64,000 bases of DNA from Cyanobacteria bacterium J06626_4 (GCA_038523235.1 JBCBJQ010000002.1:1-64000); one strand, 5' to 3'; shown: positions 40,386 to 53,900, counted from the first letter of the stretch. The notes: generated by a model from the letters alone, not told the origin. Numbers and translations: made by a program.

Positions 40386-40420
40386 GCCTGCTTACTCGCT
40401 AGGGTATTGAGTAAGCAGGC
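40386..40420. other. 12-bp stem-loop between G7 and the AraC gene
   Basis: GCCTGCTTACTC-N11-GAGTAAGCAGGC. Confidence 0.5.
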
Positions 40421-40630
40421 GGTGCTGTTGGCCAAGCCTCTCTGAAAGAAAATCACATTGAGTATCTCCCTCTAGAAGCCATCGAGACTCTGGGCGAAAC
40501 CCGATTAGATTTCGATGAGCTAGCAAATTTGCCAGCCTGGCTAGAGAAATGAGAAGTTCAAGAGATTAGGGACTGGGAGAGTAGACAATTCAAAATTTGA
40601 GAATTCAAAACTCTCCCGCCCTAAGCTGCG

Positions 40631-43600
40631 TTAAGCAAACACGGTGTTATCTAACCCGGTTACCCCCTGCACGACACCCACTAGCTCATTGCTAGTCGTC
40701 AGCACCAACGTATCATCTCCCACTTCAAAGGTTCTGACCCCATCGGGCGTGAGGCCACCGAGGCTGATCTGGTCAATCCCCAGCTCAAAATCAGTAATGG
40801 TGTCAACGCCTTGGGCGATCGCAAAGACAAACTGGTCGGCTCCGGCTCCACCCGTATAGGTATCGTCACCGAGGCCACCATCCAGAATATTGTCGCCAAA
40901 ATTCCCGATCAGGTCATCATCCCCATCAGTGCCGATGATTTCTGGATTGAGCAAGGCTTGCGCTTCCTCAATGTTAGAGACATCAGGCACAATGACAAAG
41001 CTACTGGCATCCAGGTCAGTCGCCTCGACGCCATTGAGGACGGCCAAGATTTCACCGCTGTCGGCGACGCCCAGCAGAGTGCTGGTGCCATCTTGGGTCA
41101 GGGTCACATCTTCAAAGGTGAGTTCGCCGTCAACGAGCCCAATTTGATCAACTCCAGGGGTAAAGTCGATCACCGTATCGGTGCCGTCGCCGTTGCCAAA
41201 GACAAAGATGTCGTGACCGTCACCGGGGAAGAACATGTCACCCACCAACACATCGTTGCCGGTGACCCCCATGAGAATGTCGTTGCCAGGGCCACCGACC
41301 ACCAGGTCGTTGCCCGAGGCCCCGCTGACAATATCGTCCCCAGCGTCACCGCGCACGCGATCGCTGCCTTCACCGCCGAAGACAATATCGCGACCGGCGC
41401 CCCCCGAGATGATGTCGTTGCCCCGGAACCCTTCTAGGATGTCGTTTTCGTCAGTGCCTTCTATGAGGTCATCGGTACCCGGATCGCCGACGGTCAGTGT
41501 CGCCTCGATCGTATACTCACCGGTATTGATGCCAAAGCTAGGGAAGACTCGACCGCTGCCACTACCGGCCGCCAGGGGATCATAGGCCCGGTTGCTGAGC
41601 AGAGCGACCCCGGCATAATAGGTGCCCGTCTCGGTGGCGGTGAACTCCAGGTAGGCATCGCGCCCCGACTCAAACAGCTCGCCGGGTGCAGGCGCTTCGG
41701 TATTGAGCAGCAACGCTTCGCCTGCGTCATTGAAAAGGCGAAGTTCAGTATCGACCCGCTGTTCGCGATCAACCCCGTCGATCAGGTAAGGAATCGAGTC
41801 GATATCGATCGCGATCGTGTCGCCCGCCACCAGGTCAAAGGCATACATATCCACATCTTCAGTGGCGTCGATCAGGTTGCGCGTCTGCCGCGTTGCATCA
41901 ATCTCGGCCTGCATAACAAAGGAGAGCTGATCGGTGCCGAGACCGGTATCGGTCGCGTCCGCGAGCGTATCGTTGAATTCCGTTTCAAAGGGAATGCCAG
42001 GGTCAGCACCATCGCCGCCAGTATTATCCCCCCCGTCGGGAATCACGACGGAATCGGGATTGTCCGCAATGGTGACGGTGACGGCATCAGCGTCGGGCGC
42101 GATCGCATACCCCACCCCCGGATTGAGCGTAAAGGTCAGCTCGTCAATGCCTTCTAGCGCGTCTTCTGGGGCGATCGCTGGATTCGTGGTCTCATCAAAG
42201 GCCGACAGCGTAATGGTCGCCGTTTGCTCGGTGATGGTGAAGAAGAAACCGCTCGCCCGGAAGTTGGGGGAGGGGAAGTTGCCGCCGACGATTTCAGCGT
42301 CAAACACATTGAATTCCCCCAGCGCCGCCCGTACACCGCTATCGAGATTGACAGTCACACCCTCCGCTGGTGGAGGAGAATCCAGCGTGAAAGTGAGGGT
42401 CGTGGTGTTGCCCTCGGACTCAACCAGCGCGGTTTCGCTGATGGAAATGCCGACGGTGGGCACCGTGGGCAAGGCTGGCACATCATCCAGCGTGTCATAA
42501 ATGGGGGTGGAGAAGGTGTCGTCCCCCACAACATAGCCCGCCGCCGCCTCTAGGGTAAAGGAAATGGTTTCCTCGCCATCGGTGGGGGCTTCTTCCGGAT
42601 CCGCCAGGTTGAGGTTGATAAAGCCGCTGCTGGCGGTCAGGTTGACCTTGAGCCCCACGGGCTCACCCGCGTCGTTAAAGACGGCCCCCAGCACCTCTAC
42701 GCCCTCGGAGCTAAAGGGCGCACCCGTACTAAAGACGGTAGAGAGGTCAATGTCACTGGTCAGGAAGACTTCGATACCGTCCTCTGGAATCGCCCCCTCG
42801 ACGTCGAGACCTAGGGTCAGAATCGAGGCGGTGCGGCGCTCGGGCGTATACTGCACCAGCGCGTTGGAAATCAGATTGTCGCTGCTGTCGTAGGTAGCGG
42901 GTGTGGCCGACAGCGAAACGGTGGGGCCGTCCCCTGTGCTAGCCGGAATCTCAGTGGCTCCTGCTATGAAGCCCTCATTGAGCTTGAGGTTCAAAATATA
43001 GTCACCAAAGCTGCGTCCGGTACCGCTGCCAGCGACATTCGGGTCGTAGGGATTGTTGTCAAACCCAAACTCACCGTTACCAAAGCTGCTAACGCCGACA
43101 TAGTAGGTGCCGTCAGCCTCCGGCGTGAACTCAACGTAAGAATCTTGACGACCTGGACCAAACAGCTCGTCTGGAGCAAAGTTGTCGTCGCTTTGGGCCA
43201 GCTGATTGCCCTCAGCGTCAAACACGCGCAAAATCGTGTCGGGACTTTCTGAACTGTCAAAGATGGCCCGCGCGTCGGTGTCGATGCGCAGCACATCCCC
43301 GGCGGCGAGATCCACCGAGTACATGTCGACATCTTCGGTGCGATCGACGGCTGGGTTGCGCTGCTGGGCCAGCTCACCCGCGATCGACACTGAACTATTG
43401 TCAGCGGTTAAGCCCGTGTCCACTGCTGTCGCAATCGTGTCATTGCTTTCGGCGTCGCTGGGGGGCGCGGCAATAGGCGTATCACTCAGCGTAAATTCAC
43501 CGCCGTCGTCGTTGGGGCTGACCAGATAGCCCGTGCCCGGTTGCAATGTGAACGAGGCCGTTTCAATACCTTCGTCTACGCCATCAGCGGCGATCGGCAG

Positions 43601-44758
43601 CTCAATCGTGGCGGTCTGATCAGTAATCGTGAAATCGAACCCGGTGCCAGCAGCATTGACACCGGCGATCGCCCCGCCGGTGACGGCAATCTGCGACAGA
43701 TCAAATTCGCTCAAGTTGGGAGCGTCTACGGTGACGGTGATCCCATCAGCCGGTGGGGCTGTGCTGACCGCAAAGGTATGCACAGAAACGGTGCCTTCAG
43801 CTTCGACCAGCACCTCCGGGGAGATGCTGAGGCTGACCAGTGGCACGGCATCGGCATCGTCGGCAATGGTGTAGCTGACGGCGGCGGCTGCAGCGTCAAT
43901 GGTATAGCCGGGGCCTTCCACAATTGAGAAGGTAAAGCTTTCGATCCCTTCGACGGCGTCTGCCGGATCAATTTGAGGATTGGTGGTTTCATCAAGCACC
44001 GTCAGCTTAATGCTGGCCCCCGCTTCTAAAACAGTGAAATAGAAGCCACTGGCGGCAAAGTTGGGCGGGGGCAAAATTCCCCCGTTGACCTCAGCCCCAA
44101 AAATGTTGAACTCACCGACGGCCGCGCGGACGCCGCTATCGACATAGACCAAAACGCCGCCCTCGGGAATGTCACCCTCGACGTCAAAAGTCAGGGTCAG
44201 TTCGGTCCCATCGGTTTCTACCAGGGCCGTTTGATCAACACTCAACCCGACCTGCGGCCCGGTGCCTAAATCAGGCACAGCGGCTAGGGTGTCGTACAAG
44301 GTGACGGTGGAGGCAGTAGCAGCTGGGTCAAGGCTGTAGCCATCGCCCTCGGCCAGAGAAAATTCTAGGGTTTCTGGCCCGTCGGTTTCCGCCTCATCGG
44401 TTTCCGCCACGTTCAGCGAAAAGAGCGCATTGGGGCTGGTTAGCAAAACCTTGATGCCGGTAGGCGTGACGCCATCTTCGGCATACAGGGCCCCCAGCAC
44501 TTCGCCGCCGCCACCAAAGGGCGATCGCCCTAGCCGCGTAAAGTAGTCGGCAAAGTTGCTAGCCACATTGAGCACAACTTCGACGCCGTCAGCGGGCATC
44601 TCGCCAGCCACGGTGAACGCTAAGTTGAGGACGCTGGCCCCGGGCTGATCGCCCAGAAATTCCACCAGTTCAGGCGCGAGAATGCGATCGCGATTTTCAT
44701 CCCGTCGACCGTCAAACGTACCGGCAACGGTCTGAAATGATACGACTGGAGTCGTCAT
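40631..44758 (-). CDS. Secreted PPC/Calx-beta-like protein with RTX repeats and shared tail (G7, 1375 aa)
   Basis: Two PPC-like domains, a GGxGxD run and the shared tail; central block close to G8. Confidence 0.85.
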   Translation of the reverse strand: MTTPVVSFQTVAGTFDGRRDENRDRILAPELVEFLGDQPGASVLNLAFTVAGEMPADGVEVVLNVASNFADYFTRLGRSPFGGGGEVLGALYAEDGVTPTGIKVLLTSPNALFSLNVAETDEAETDGPETLEFSLAEGDGYSLDPAATASTVTLYDTLAAVPDLGTGPQVGLSVDQTALVETDGTELTLTFDVEGDIPEGGVLVYVDSGVRAAVGEFNIFGAEVNGGILPPPNFAASGFYFTVLEAGASIKLTVLDETTNPQIDPADAVEGIESFTFSIVEGPGYTIDAAAAAVSYTIADDADAVPLVSLSISPEVLVEAEGTVSVHTFAVSTAPPADGITVTVDAPNLSEFDLSQIAVTGGAIAGVNAAGTGFDFTITDQTATIELPIAADGVDEGIETASFTLQPGTGYLVSPNDDGGEFTLSDTPIAAPPSDAESNDTIATAVDTGLTADNSSVSIAGELAQQRNPAVDRTEDVDMYSVDLAAGDVLRIDTDARAIFDSSESPDTILRVFDAEGNQLAQSDDNFAPDELFGPGRQDSYVEFTPEADGTYYVGVSSFGNGEFGFDNNPYDPNVAGSGTGRSFGDYILNLKLNEGFIAGATEIPASTGDGPTVSLSATPATYDSSDNLISNALVQYTPERRTASILTLGLDVEGAIPEDGIEVFLTSDIDLSTVFSTGAPFSSEGVEVLGAVFNDAGEPVGLKVNLTASSGFINLNLADPEEAPTDGEETISFTLEAAAGYVVGDDTFSTPIYDTLDDVPALPTVPTVGISISETALVESEGNTTTLTFTLDSPPPAEGVTVNLDSGVRAALGEFNVFDAEIVGGNFPSPNFRASGFFFTITEQTATITLSAFDETTNPAIAPEDALEGIDELTFTLNPGVGYAIAPDADAVTVTIADNPDSVVIPDGGDNTGGDGADPGIPFETEFNDTLADATDTGLGTDQLSFVMQAEIDATRQTRNLIDATEDVDMYAFDLVAGDTIAIDIDSIPYLIDGVDREQRVDTELRLFNDAGEALLLNTEAPAPGELFESGRDAYLEFTATETGTYYAGVALLSNRAYDPLAAGSGSGRVFPSFGINTGEYTIEATLTVGDPGTDDLIEGTDENDILEGFRGNDIISGGAGRDIVFGGEGSDRVRGDAGDDIVSGASGNDLVVGGPGNDILMGVTGNDVLVGDMFFPGDGHDIFVFGNGDGTDTVIDFTPGVDQIGLVDGELTFEDVTLTQDGTSTLLGVADSGEILAVLNGVEATDLDASSFVIVPDVSNIEEAQALLNPEIIGTDGDDDLIGNFGDNILDGGLGDDTYTGGAGADQFVFAIAQGVDTITDFELGIDQISLGGLTPDGVRTFEVGDDTLVLTTSNELVGVVQGVTGLDNTVFA

Positions 44759-44913
44759 GATTTTGATACCTTATAGACTACGGTGAAACGTTTCCTGGCT
44801 GCTTTGCTGCAAACTGGGCACCAGGAATTCATCGGGCAGCCAATGCTCTGTCAGGAGCATTGGCTTTTTAGTGGGTTCGGGAAATGGCTACGCGTAGAAC
44901 CCGCTTCCCTACC

Positions 44914-44942
44914 GCAGCGGGGCCATAGATTGGCCCCGCTGC
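44914..44942. other. GC-rich 12-bp hairpin between G8 and G7 (stabiliser or terminator-like, no U tract)
   Basis: GCAGCGGGGCCA-TAGAT-TGGCCCCGCTGC. Confidence 0.55.
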
Positions 44943-44964
44943 AGGCTCTAATAAACCGCTTGCG

Positions 44965-47900
44965 CTAAGCAAAAACGGTGTTATCAAGATTGGTGACACC
45001 CTGGACTACTCCCAGCAGCTCGTTGCTGTTAGTCAGCACTAGGGTGTCTTCGCCAAGCTCAAAGAACTTCACCCCTGCGGACGTCAGGCCGCCGAGACTA
45101 ATCTGGTCAACGCCCAGCTCAAAATCGGTAATGGTGTCAACGCCCTGAGCCAGGTCAAAGACAAACTGATCGGCCCCGGCCCCGCCGGTGTAGGTGTCAT
45201 CGCCTCGCAGACCATCTAAGAAGTCATTGCCGTCGGTGCCTACCAGTTCATCGTCACCATCGGTGCTCGTGCCGGGGTTAGGCGGTCCGCCCACCGTCAG
45301 CGAGACCAACGCATCCACGCGGGCATCGCCAACGTCAGCCCCAGCCAACTCAGCGAGCCCCAGCGCTCCTGCCAATTCCGGAGACAGCAGCAGGTCAGCG
45401 CCGCTGATTTCCAGTTCTTCGCCGGAGACTGCCGCCGTACTCGGCGCGCTCAGGTCAAACAGCACCTCTAGACCGAGCGGGTCTTCTAGCGTGTCAGCGA
45501 CGAAGAAGCCGCTGGTTGTATCAGAGGCCCGAGTGGGATCAAAGCCGATGGAGAATTCACCGATGGTGGCTTCGGCACCGCCCAGGCCCAGGGTGATCGT
45601 GCCGGAATGCTCGATGGTGCCGCTGAGCGGCGCAAAGGGCGCCGGGGCAAAGGTAAAGTCCGTGTCGTCGGTGATGGCAAAGCCCACCTGGAAGTCATCG
45701 GAAAAGGGAGTCGAATCGCTGTCGGCCCCCACCAAGGTCAAACCAGCGGCGGACTCTAGCAGCGGCAAATCCAGGAAGACACTGGTGACACCTGACTCCA
45801 CGCCAAAGACGGCGTCTTCACCCCCATCATTGATCGTCAGTTCAACCTGGCCTGCCGAACCACTCTGAGAGACAGCCGCTACAACAGGCTGGCCGAATTC
45901 ATCTAACCTGTCTTGGATCTGGTCAAGATAAGTCTCACCCACCTTGCCGTTATCAATTAGATCAGCAACGGTTAGGGTCGGGAAAGAAACATCCTCGTGG
46001 GTACTGTAGCCAATGGGGAATTCCAATTCGTCATCCCAGTCATCCACATGTAGGTGCGGCAGCTTGTCATCGCTCGGTCGCGTCCAGAAGGCAAGTCCCG
46101 ACTGCACACCGATTTCACCTCTGAGATCCGGATTCCCCACGCCGAGCATGAAGCCATTTCTCTCCAGATTGACATCGTCATCTACATCCCAGGTGCCATC
46201 TTGTAAGATCTCTCCGGTCTCAGTGTCGAAGGCAAAGTTCACGGTTGGATACAGACTCTGGTCTTGATTGTCGGTGTAGGTGCGCAGTAAATTGCCATCC
46301 GGATCAAAGAAGGACACGTCGAGCGATAACAAATCGTCTTCCCGAACAATGCCAGCTTCATAGGATTGGCTAGCGTCGTAGCTAAACTGACCTTCAACGC
46401 TGAATTCAGCGATTTGCCCAGTCCAGGCAAAATCGTAGGTAACAATGGAGGTGACTTCGTATTCCTCTCCATCAATTAGCTCAAAGGTTAATGATTCGGG
46501 ACCTTCCGTAGGACCATCATCAAAGACCGATAGAGTAATGGATGCCTGATTTTCGGTGAGGGTGGCAAAGAATCCGCCCGCATCGTTGTCGGGTTCAGGC
46601 AAGCCAGCTAGGCCCACAATATCGATGACTGGATCAATGCCATCATCGCCAAAAATATTGAACTCACTGAGACCAGCGGCAGGGCCATCCACAAAAACGG
46701 TGAGTCCCTCGTCGGGGATATCGCCTTCGACCTCAAAGCTCACGGTGAATTCATCCCCTTCAGCCAAATCAGTCTGGTCAACCGATAGGCTTACCGTCGG
46801 CCCGACCCCGCCAGGTACCCCGTCGGTAAACGTCACTGTTTGCAGGGCACTGTCTGGGTCAACTAAATAACCGTCGCCCTCCAACAAGGTGAAGGTATAG
46901 TCGGTATCGGGTTCTTCCAGAATGTCATCAAAGATCGGCAACCCGAAGCTCACCTCTGAGGCAAACAGTCGCACCAAGAGCTCGCCATTGGGGCCAAAGC
47001 CATCGGCGGTGATGCCCCCCTCTGGCACAATCTCAAAGAGACGATTATTGTCTGCAATCCGATTGGCGGGGTCTAACAAGAACCCTGCATCGCCGCCAAT
47101 CGCGACGACCAGTCCATCTGCGGGAATTTCGCCCGCCACCGCAAAGACCGCCGTCAGAATGGGGGCATCATCCGCTTCACTAACGACCTCAGGCAACGAT
47201 ACGCTCACCGTGGGCAACGTTGGCGTGGTCGCCAGGGTCGCCTCTAGGCGGTAGGGGCCGGGCTCAAAGCGATCGTTAAAAGTCCAGCCGCTGCCGCTGC
47301 CCGCAACGTTGGGGTCGTAGAAGTTGTTGCCCAGGTTGCTAATACCCGCATAGTAGGTGCCGGTTTCGGGGGCGGTGAATGCGATGTAGGCATCACCGTT
47401 GGCCTGGAAGACCTCATCCGGAGCCCCGGCGTTTTCTACGATGGCGAGTTCGTTACCCTCGGCGTCGAAGATCCGCAGAATGTTATCTAGCAGGGACCCT
47501 TCAACTCCAGCATCGCCAGTGCCGCCACCATCGACATCCAGAATCAGGGTTTGTCCCGCTTCTAAGTCAAAGGCATACATATCGACATCTTCAGAACGGT
47601 CGATCAGGTTGCGGGTGGCCCGAGTCGTGCCAATTTCACCCTCAATCACAATGGATGAACCATCGAGCGGCAGCTCAATGGCATTCGCATCGGCAATGGT
47701 GTCATTCAACTCCATTTCCATCGGCGTCATTTCATCGCCATCGCCGCCGTCATCGCCATCATCGCTGGGCAGGGGTACTGAATCAGGATTGTCGGCAATG
47801 GTGACAGTGACGGCGCTCGCGTCGGGGGCGATCGCATACCCGACCCCAGGCTGCACCGTAAAGGTGAATTCCTCAATGCCTTCTAGAGCATCCTCGGCGG

Positions 47901-50900
47901 GAATCTGATCATTGGTGGTTTCATCAAACGCCGCCAGCGTAATGGTGGCGGTTTGCTCCGTAATCCGGAAGAAGAAACCACTGGCACGGAAGTTGGGGGA
48001 CGGGAAGTCACCGCCCGTAATCTCAGCGTTAAAGACATCAAATTCACCCAACGCCGCTCGCACGCCGCTATCCACATTGATTAACACGCCCTCGGCGGGG
48101 GGCGGGCCATCTAACGTGAAGGTCAGCGTCGTGAGATTGCCCTCCGATTCCACCAGGGCCATCTCACTGATAGCCACCCCCACGGTGGGCACATTAGGCA
48201 TGACGGGGACATCCGCTAGGGTGTCGTAAATCTCTGTTGAGAAAGTGCTGTCATCGCTCACCTGATAGCCAGCACTGGGTTCTAGGGTAAAGGTCACCGT
48301 TTCCACCCCATCGGTCGGAGCCGCATCGGGACTATCCAGATTGAGATTCAGGACCGCCGTATTGCTGGTGAGGTTAATCCGCAAGCCCACCGGGGTACCC
48401 GCGTCATCAAAGACCGCCCCCAACACTTCCGCACCGCCGGGGCTAAAGGGCGCGCCCGTGTTGAACGCGGTGGACAGATCGAGGCTGCTGGTGAGGAACA
48501 CTTCAATACCGTCTTCTGGGATATCCCCTTCAGTGGTCAACCCCACGGTCAGAATTGAAGCGCCATCTTCCACAAACTGCACGAGCGCACTCGCTGTCAG
48601 ATTGTCGTCACTATCGTAGGTCGCGGGTGAGGCCGACAGCGAAACGGTGGGGCCAGCCCCCGTACCCGCCGGAATCTCCGTGGCGACCGGCACAAACTCC
48701 TCATTCAACTTCAGATTCAGAGTGTAATCGCCAAAGCTGCGACCGGTGCCGCTGCCCGCCACATTGGGGTCGTAGGGCGCATTGGTAGGATTGCCATCAT
48801 CATCTAAGAAGAAGTCAAAGAAGCCGTTGCCAAAGCTGCTGACGCCGACATAGTAGTTGCCCGTTTCGGTGGCTGTGAATTCCACATAGGAATCTCGACG
48901 GCCCGGGGCGAATAACTCATCGGGGGCGAAATCATCGTCACTGCCCGCGACCTCGTTGCCGTCCGCATCAAAAATCCGCAGCACGGTGTCGAGCCCGGAG
49001 TCAAACACCGCCGAGTCGGCATCAATTCGGATGGTATCGCCAGCGGCCATCGCGAAGGAGTACATATCGACGTCTTCGGTCTGGTCGACTTCGCGATTGC
49101 TGAAGCTAAAGGAAATCGCCCCATCAATGGAGACCGAGCTGTTGTCAGGGCCGAGACCAGTGGCGATCGCCGTCGCGATCGTGTCGTTCGATTCGGCATC
49201 GGTAGCAGGGGTCTGCTCAACGGTATCCACGATTTGGAAACTGGCCGACCCCGCCTCGGGATCAATCTGATAGCCGTCACCAGCAGCCACGCTAAAGGCA
49301 ATTTCTTCCAACCCTTCGGCGACGCCATCATCGACTACGGGCAAAGTAACCGTGGCCGATTGCCCCCAGATTACGAGATCAAATCCCCCTGGGCGAATGG
49401 CTGAAATGCCGCCGTTTTCCACCTGGAGATCCAAGATATCCAGCTCAGTTAGACCGGGGGCCTCAACCGTCACGGTTAATTGGCCATCGGCTGGCGGCGC
49501 ACTCAAATTAAAGGTGTGAACCGCCGCCGTGCCTTCGGTCTCAACCAGCACGTCTGATGAGGCCTCAACACTCACCTGCACGATCGAACTAGCATCATCC
49601 TGAAGCAGCACAGAGATTTCCCCTGCCCCCTCCGCAATGGTGTAGCCGGGTAGCGTTTGCAAGGCCAGCGGCACCTGCTCTAGCCCTTCAATGGCTTCAT
49701 CCGCACGCACAGCCAGCGTCAGGCTCGCCGTCGGCTCAGTGATTTTGAAGTAAAATCCACCGGCATTCCCATCGGGAGCCGGGAAGGAACCGCCCGTCAC
49801 CTGAGCATTCAACAGGTCAAAGTCCACCAGTCCAGCGAAGGCATTGTTGCTGACGTAGACCAACACTCCCTCAGCCGGAATATCCCCCGCCAAGGCAAAG
49901 TTCACCGTGACGGCATCGCTGCCTTCTGTGAAAGGACCAGAGTCGGCCAGGGACATGCTGACTTCCGGGATGCTGGTGACGGCGGGCACCTGATCAAGGG
50001 TGTCGTAGACCGTAATGGCCGCCATATCAGCAGCAGCGGTATAGCCTTCGCCCGCTTCCACAAAGAAGTTGACAGTCTGCGGGTCAGTGGCTGCTAGACC
50101 CACACCGGGAAAGTTGACCACCGCATTTTGGGACTCTAGACGCAGCTGCAGACCGGTCGCCGTGCCGCTATCGTCGTAGATCGCGCCGATCACCTCGCCG
50201 CCAAAGCTGAGGGGCACAAAGTTTGCCCCCGAAATAAACTCAGTGATATCAGCCAGGTCGGTGTTGATATTCACCACCAAACCGTCTTCGGGGATCGGGC
50301 CATCGGCACTGACTACAATGCTGAGAATCGGCGTCCCGCTGCCCGATTCCACCAGATTGGGCGTCACCAGCGCGTCTTCGTCGCTAAAGGTGCCGCCAAT
50401 CACATCGACTGAAACAACTGGACCATTGCCCCCGTCGCCATTGCTGTCGGCAGCATCGACAATATTGAGCGTGACGCTGCTGGCATCCGGCGCGACTTCG
50501 TAGGCTTCGCCGTCAATCAGTTCAAAGGTAAACTGCTCCATCGCTTCATCTTCGTCAGCCCCTTCGTCAAAGGCCGCGAGGGTAATGGTGGCCGTGGGTT
50601 CCATCACCGTGACAAAGAAGCCGCTGTCGCCATCGGCGGGGATGGGGAAATCGGCAATCCCCGTAGTGGTGACGTTGCCGATATCAAACTCAGTCAAGCT
50701 GCGAGACTGGTTTCCGACACTGGCTAAGTCGTTGATCAAAATCGGAATACCGCCGCCTGGGATCACGCCATCAACTGAGATTGTCAGCGTCACCGCGTCA
50801 CCGCCTTCCACGAGGGTGGTTTGGTCAACGCTGATGCCGACCGTGGGCTTAATTTCGGTTGTCTGGATTTCGTCAGAAATCGTCAGCGTCGTGCTCGCTG

Positions 50901-53900
50901 CTGCTGGATCGACCTCGTAAACTTCGCCATTGGCGAGGCTAAAGGTAATGTCCAACGGATCTTCTTCAATGATGTCGTCGAAGACGTTGAGGGAAATTGT
51001 GGCGGTGGGTTCGGTAATGGTGACAAAGAAGCTGCCGCCGCCACCATCGCCCACCGTGGGTAAACCGGCGATCCCCGTGGTGGAGATATTGCCCAGATCA
51101 GCCAAGTCAAACTGTCCTAAGGACCCTGGCACATCACTTTGCACTAGCACCTGTACCCCGTCGGCGGGGATGTCACCCTCGACTGTAAAGGTCACCGTGA
51201 GGGGATCGCCTTCCGCCAGGTTAGATTCAGACACTGACAATCCGACAGTGGGGCCAACGCCGGGGCCGCCGTTATCGTCATTGATGGTGAGCAGCGTCGA
51301 ATTTTGGTTCGGATCGACGGTGTAGCCTTCGCCTGCGGCTAACTGGAAATCAAATGTTTGCGACCCTTCTTCTAAAATGTCGTTGATGATGGGCAGCACG
51401 AAGTTGCCGTCAGGAGCCGAGAGTAAAATTTGCAGGCGGCCCGTCGCTTCATCAAATCCAACAATCTCGGCGTCATTAAATTCCGACTCGCGATCGGCGG
51501 CAAACTGCTCGGTAAAGGCAATCACATCGTTGTCGCCCAGCGTGTCGAAATTGATGGTGATGCCTTCAGTGGGAAAGTCGCCCGTTACCGTCCACTGCCA
51601 GACCACTTGAGCATCCGGGGTTTCTTCTGAAACAGTGGCGGGAATCGCCTCAAAGCTGACGACTGGTAGATCACCGGTGGGGGGATTGCCATCGCCGACG
51701 TCGCTGATATTGAGGGTGACACTGCTTGCGTCGGCGTCCACTTCGTAGGCTTCGCCATCAATCACCTCAAAGGTAAAGGACTCATTGGCCTCATCTTCAT
51801 CAGCGCCATCGTCAAGCACCGGTAGAGTAATGCTGGCGGTGGGTTGGGTGAGAGTGACAAAGAAGCCACTGTCGCCGTCTGCGGGCGAGGGGAATTCGGC
51901 AATGCCCTCGCTCAACTCAACATTGGCGACGTCAAACTCGGTGAGGCTGCGAAGTTGACTTTGGGCACTGGCCACATCATTCACCAACACCGTGACGCCG
52001 CCTTCAGGAATTTCGCCCTCTACCGTGAAGCTGAGCGTAACCGCCTCGCCCTCAGTCACATCAGTGCTATCAACCGTAATCCCCACCGTGGGGCCAGGAA
52101 TTGAGGGCTCATCGGTGATGGTGAGCATAGCGCTACCACTCTCGGGGCTCACCTCGTACTCTTCACCGTTGGCTAGGGTAAAGGTGATGGGCAGAGGGTC
52201 TTCGGCCAAAATGTCATCAAAGACGTTGAGGGAAATTGTGGCGGTGGGCTCAACGAGGGTGACAAAGAAGCTGCCGCCGCCCCCATCGCCAACAGTGGGC
52301 AAACCTTCGATACCAGTGGTGGTGATATTGCCTAAATCAGCGAGGTCGAACTGTCCTAGAGAACCGGGGACATCGCTTTGAACCAGAACTTGTACCCCTC
52401 CCTCTGGGATTTCGCCCTCGACCGTAAAGGTGACCGTGAGGGGATCACCCTCAGCCAGATTGGTTTCAGAAACGGCAAGACCAACGGTAGGGCCAACTCC
52501 AGGGCCACCGTTATCGTCATTGATAGTGAGCAGCGTTGAATTTTGATTCGGATCGACAGTGTAGCCTTCGCCTGCGGCTAACTGGAAATCAAACGTCTGC
52601 GCGCCTTCTTCTAAAATGTCGTTGATGATGGGCAGTACAAAATTGCCATCAGGAGCCGAGAGTAAAATTTGCAGGCGACCCGTCGCTTCATCAAATCCAA
52701 CAATCTCGGCGTCATTGAATTCCGACTCGCGATCGGCGGCAAACTGCTCGGTAAAGGCAATCACATCGTTGTCACCCAGCGTGTCAAAGTTGACGGTGAT
52801 ACCTTCAGCTGGGAAGTCTCCAGTGACGGTCCACTGCCAGACCACTTGAGCGTCAGGCGTTTCTTCTGAAACAGTGGCGGGAATCGCCTCAAAGCTTACG
52901 ATGGGCAAGTCACCAGTCGGAGGCGGTGTGACAGTTGCTGCCGAGGTATTAAAGGCGAGGGTATAGTCACTCGGGCCATCTAGTTGCTGGATGGCGAAGG
53001 TATAAGTCCCCGCCGGGAGTGGGCCAGAAAACCCTTGCCCCCCAAAGCCGGGGCCGTTAGAGCCATTACCAATGTTGTCCAAAATATCGGTACCAACCGC
53101 ACTAATGCCAAACAGGGAGTAACCCAGAAATTCGCCCAGTTCGGCGCTATTATCCAGGGGCTCTGTAAAGGTCGCCCCTTCCTGAACCCCAATAAAGGAG
53201 ACATCTGACTGGGAGTACGCCTCTAACAGGATGGACTCTAACTGAAACCCGTCAGGAACCGTCACGGTCACATACTCTTGATCGCCGCCCCCCGTGGCAG
53301 CTGACAGTTGAGTGGTGCCTTCTACCAGTGCTAGGCCGACTGGATTATTCGGATCATCCGAGATATCACCGCTCACCGCTTCGTCGTAACCGTTGGTTGG
53401 CGGGGGCGGTGGGGTACCTGGCAACTGACTTGCCTCATCGGCAAAGAAGACGGTGCTGGTGGCAGCATCCGGGGCAATCGTGTAGTCGCCGACCCCCGTA
53501 ATGCTGGTCTGATCTTCTGGCGCAATTTGATCAGCCGTCACGAGTGAGAAGACGGCTTCGACCAGACCGTCGAAGGTCTCGGGCAAAAAGGTATCGGGTT
53601 CAGGATTATCAAAAATATCGAGAGTAATGGTGGCAAAAGTTGCTCCCCCGGCGATTTCCACGGCCAAGCCGGAGTTATCGAAATTGGTCTGAGTCGCAAA
53701 CAGGTTGAGATTCTCAAACTGCGGATTGGCGATCGCCGCCGGTAAATCTAGCCGGTTAATAATTTGCTCAACGTCGCTGTCAATATAGACCTTGAGACCG
53801 CTGGCAGGGGCGGGTTCATCTAGATCGAAGCGCACCGTTAGGGCGGTGCCTTGATCTTCGACCAGCGCATTGAGATCGCCGTCAAAGTCGGTGGAGGTCG

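Noticed and set aside
4725..53208. Numerous plus-strand Ser/Pro/Val-rich ORFs of 60-230 aa
   Set aside because: They are antisense shadows of the biased codon usage in the large minus-strand genes and show no recognisable motifs.
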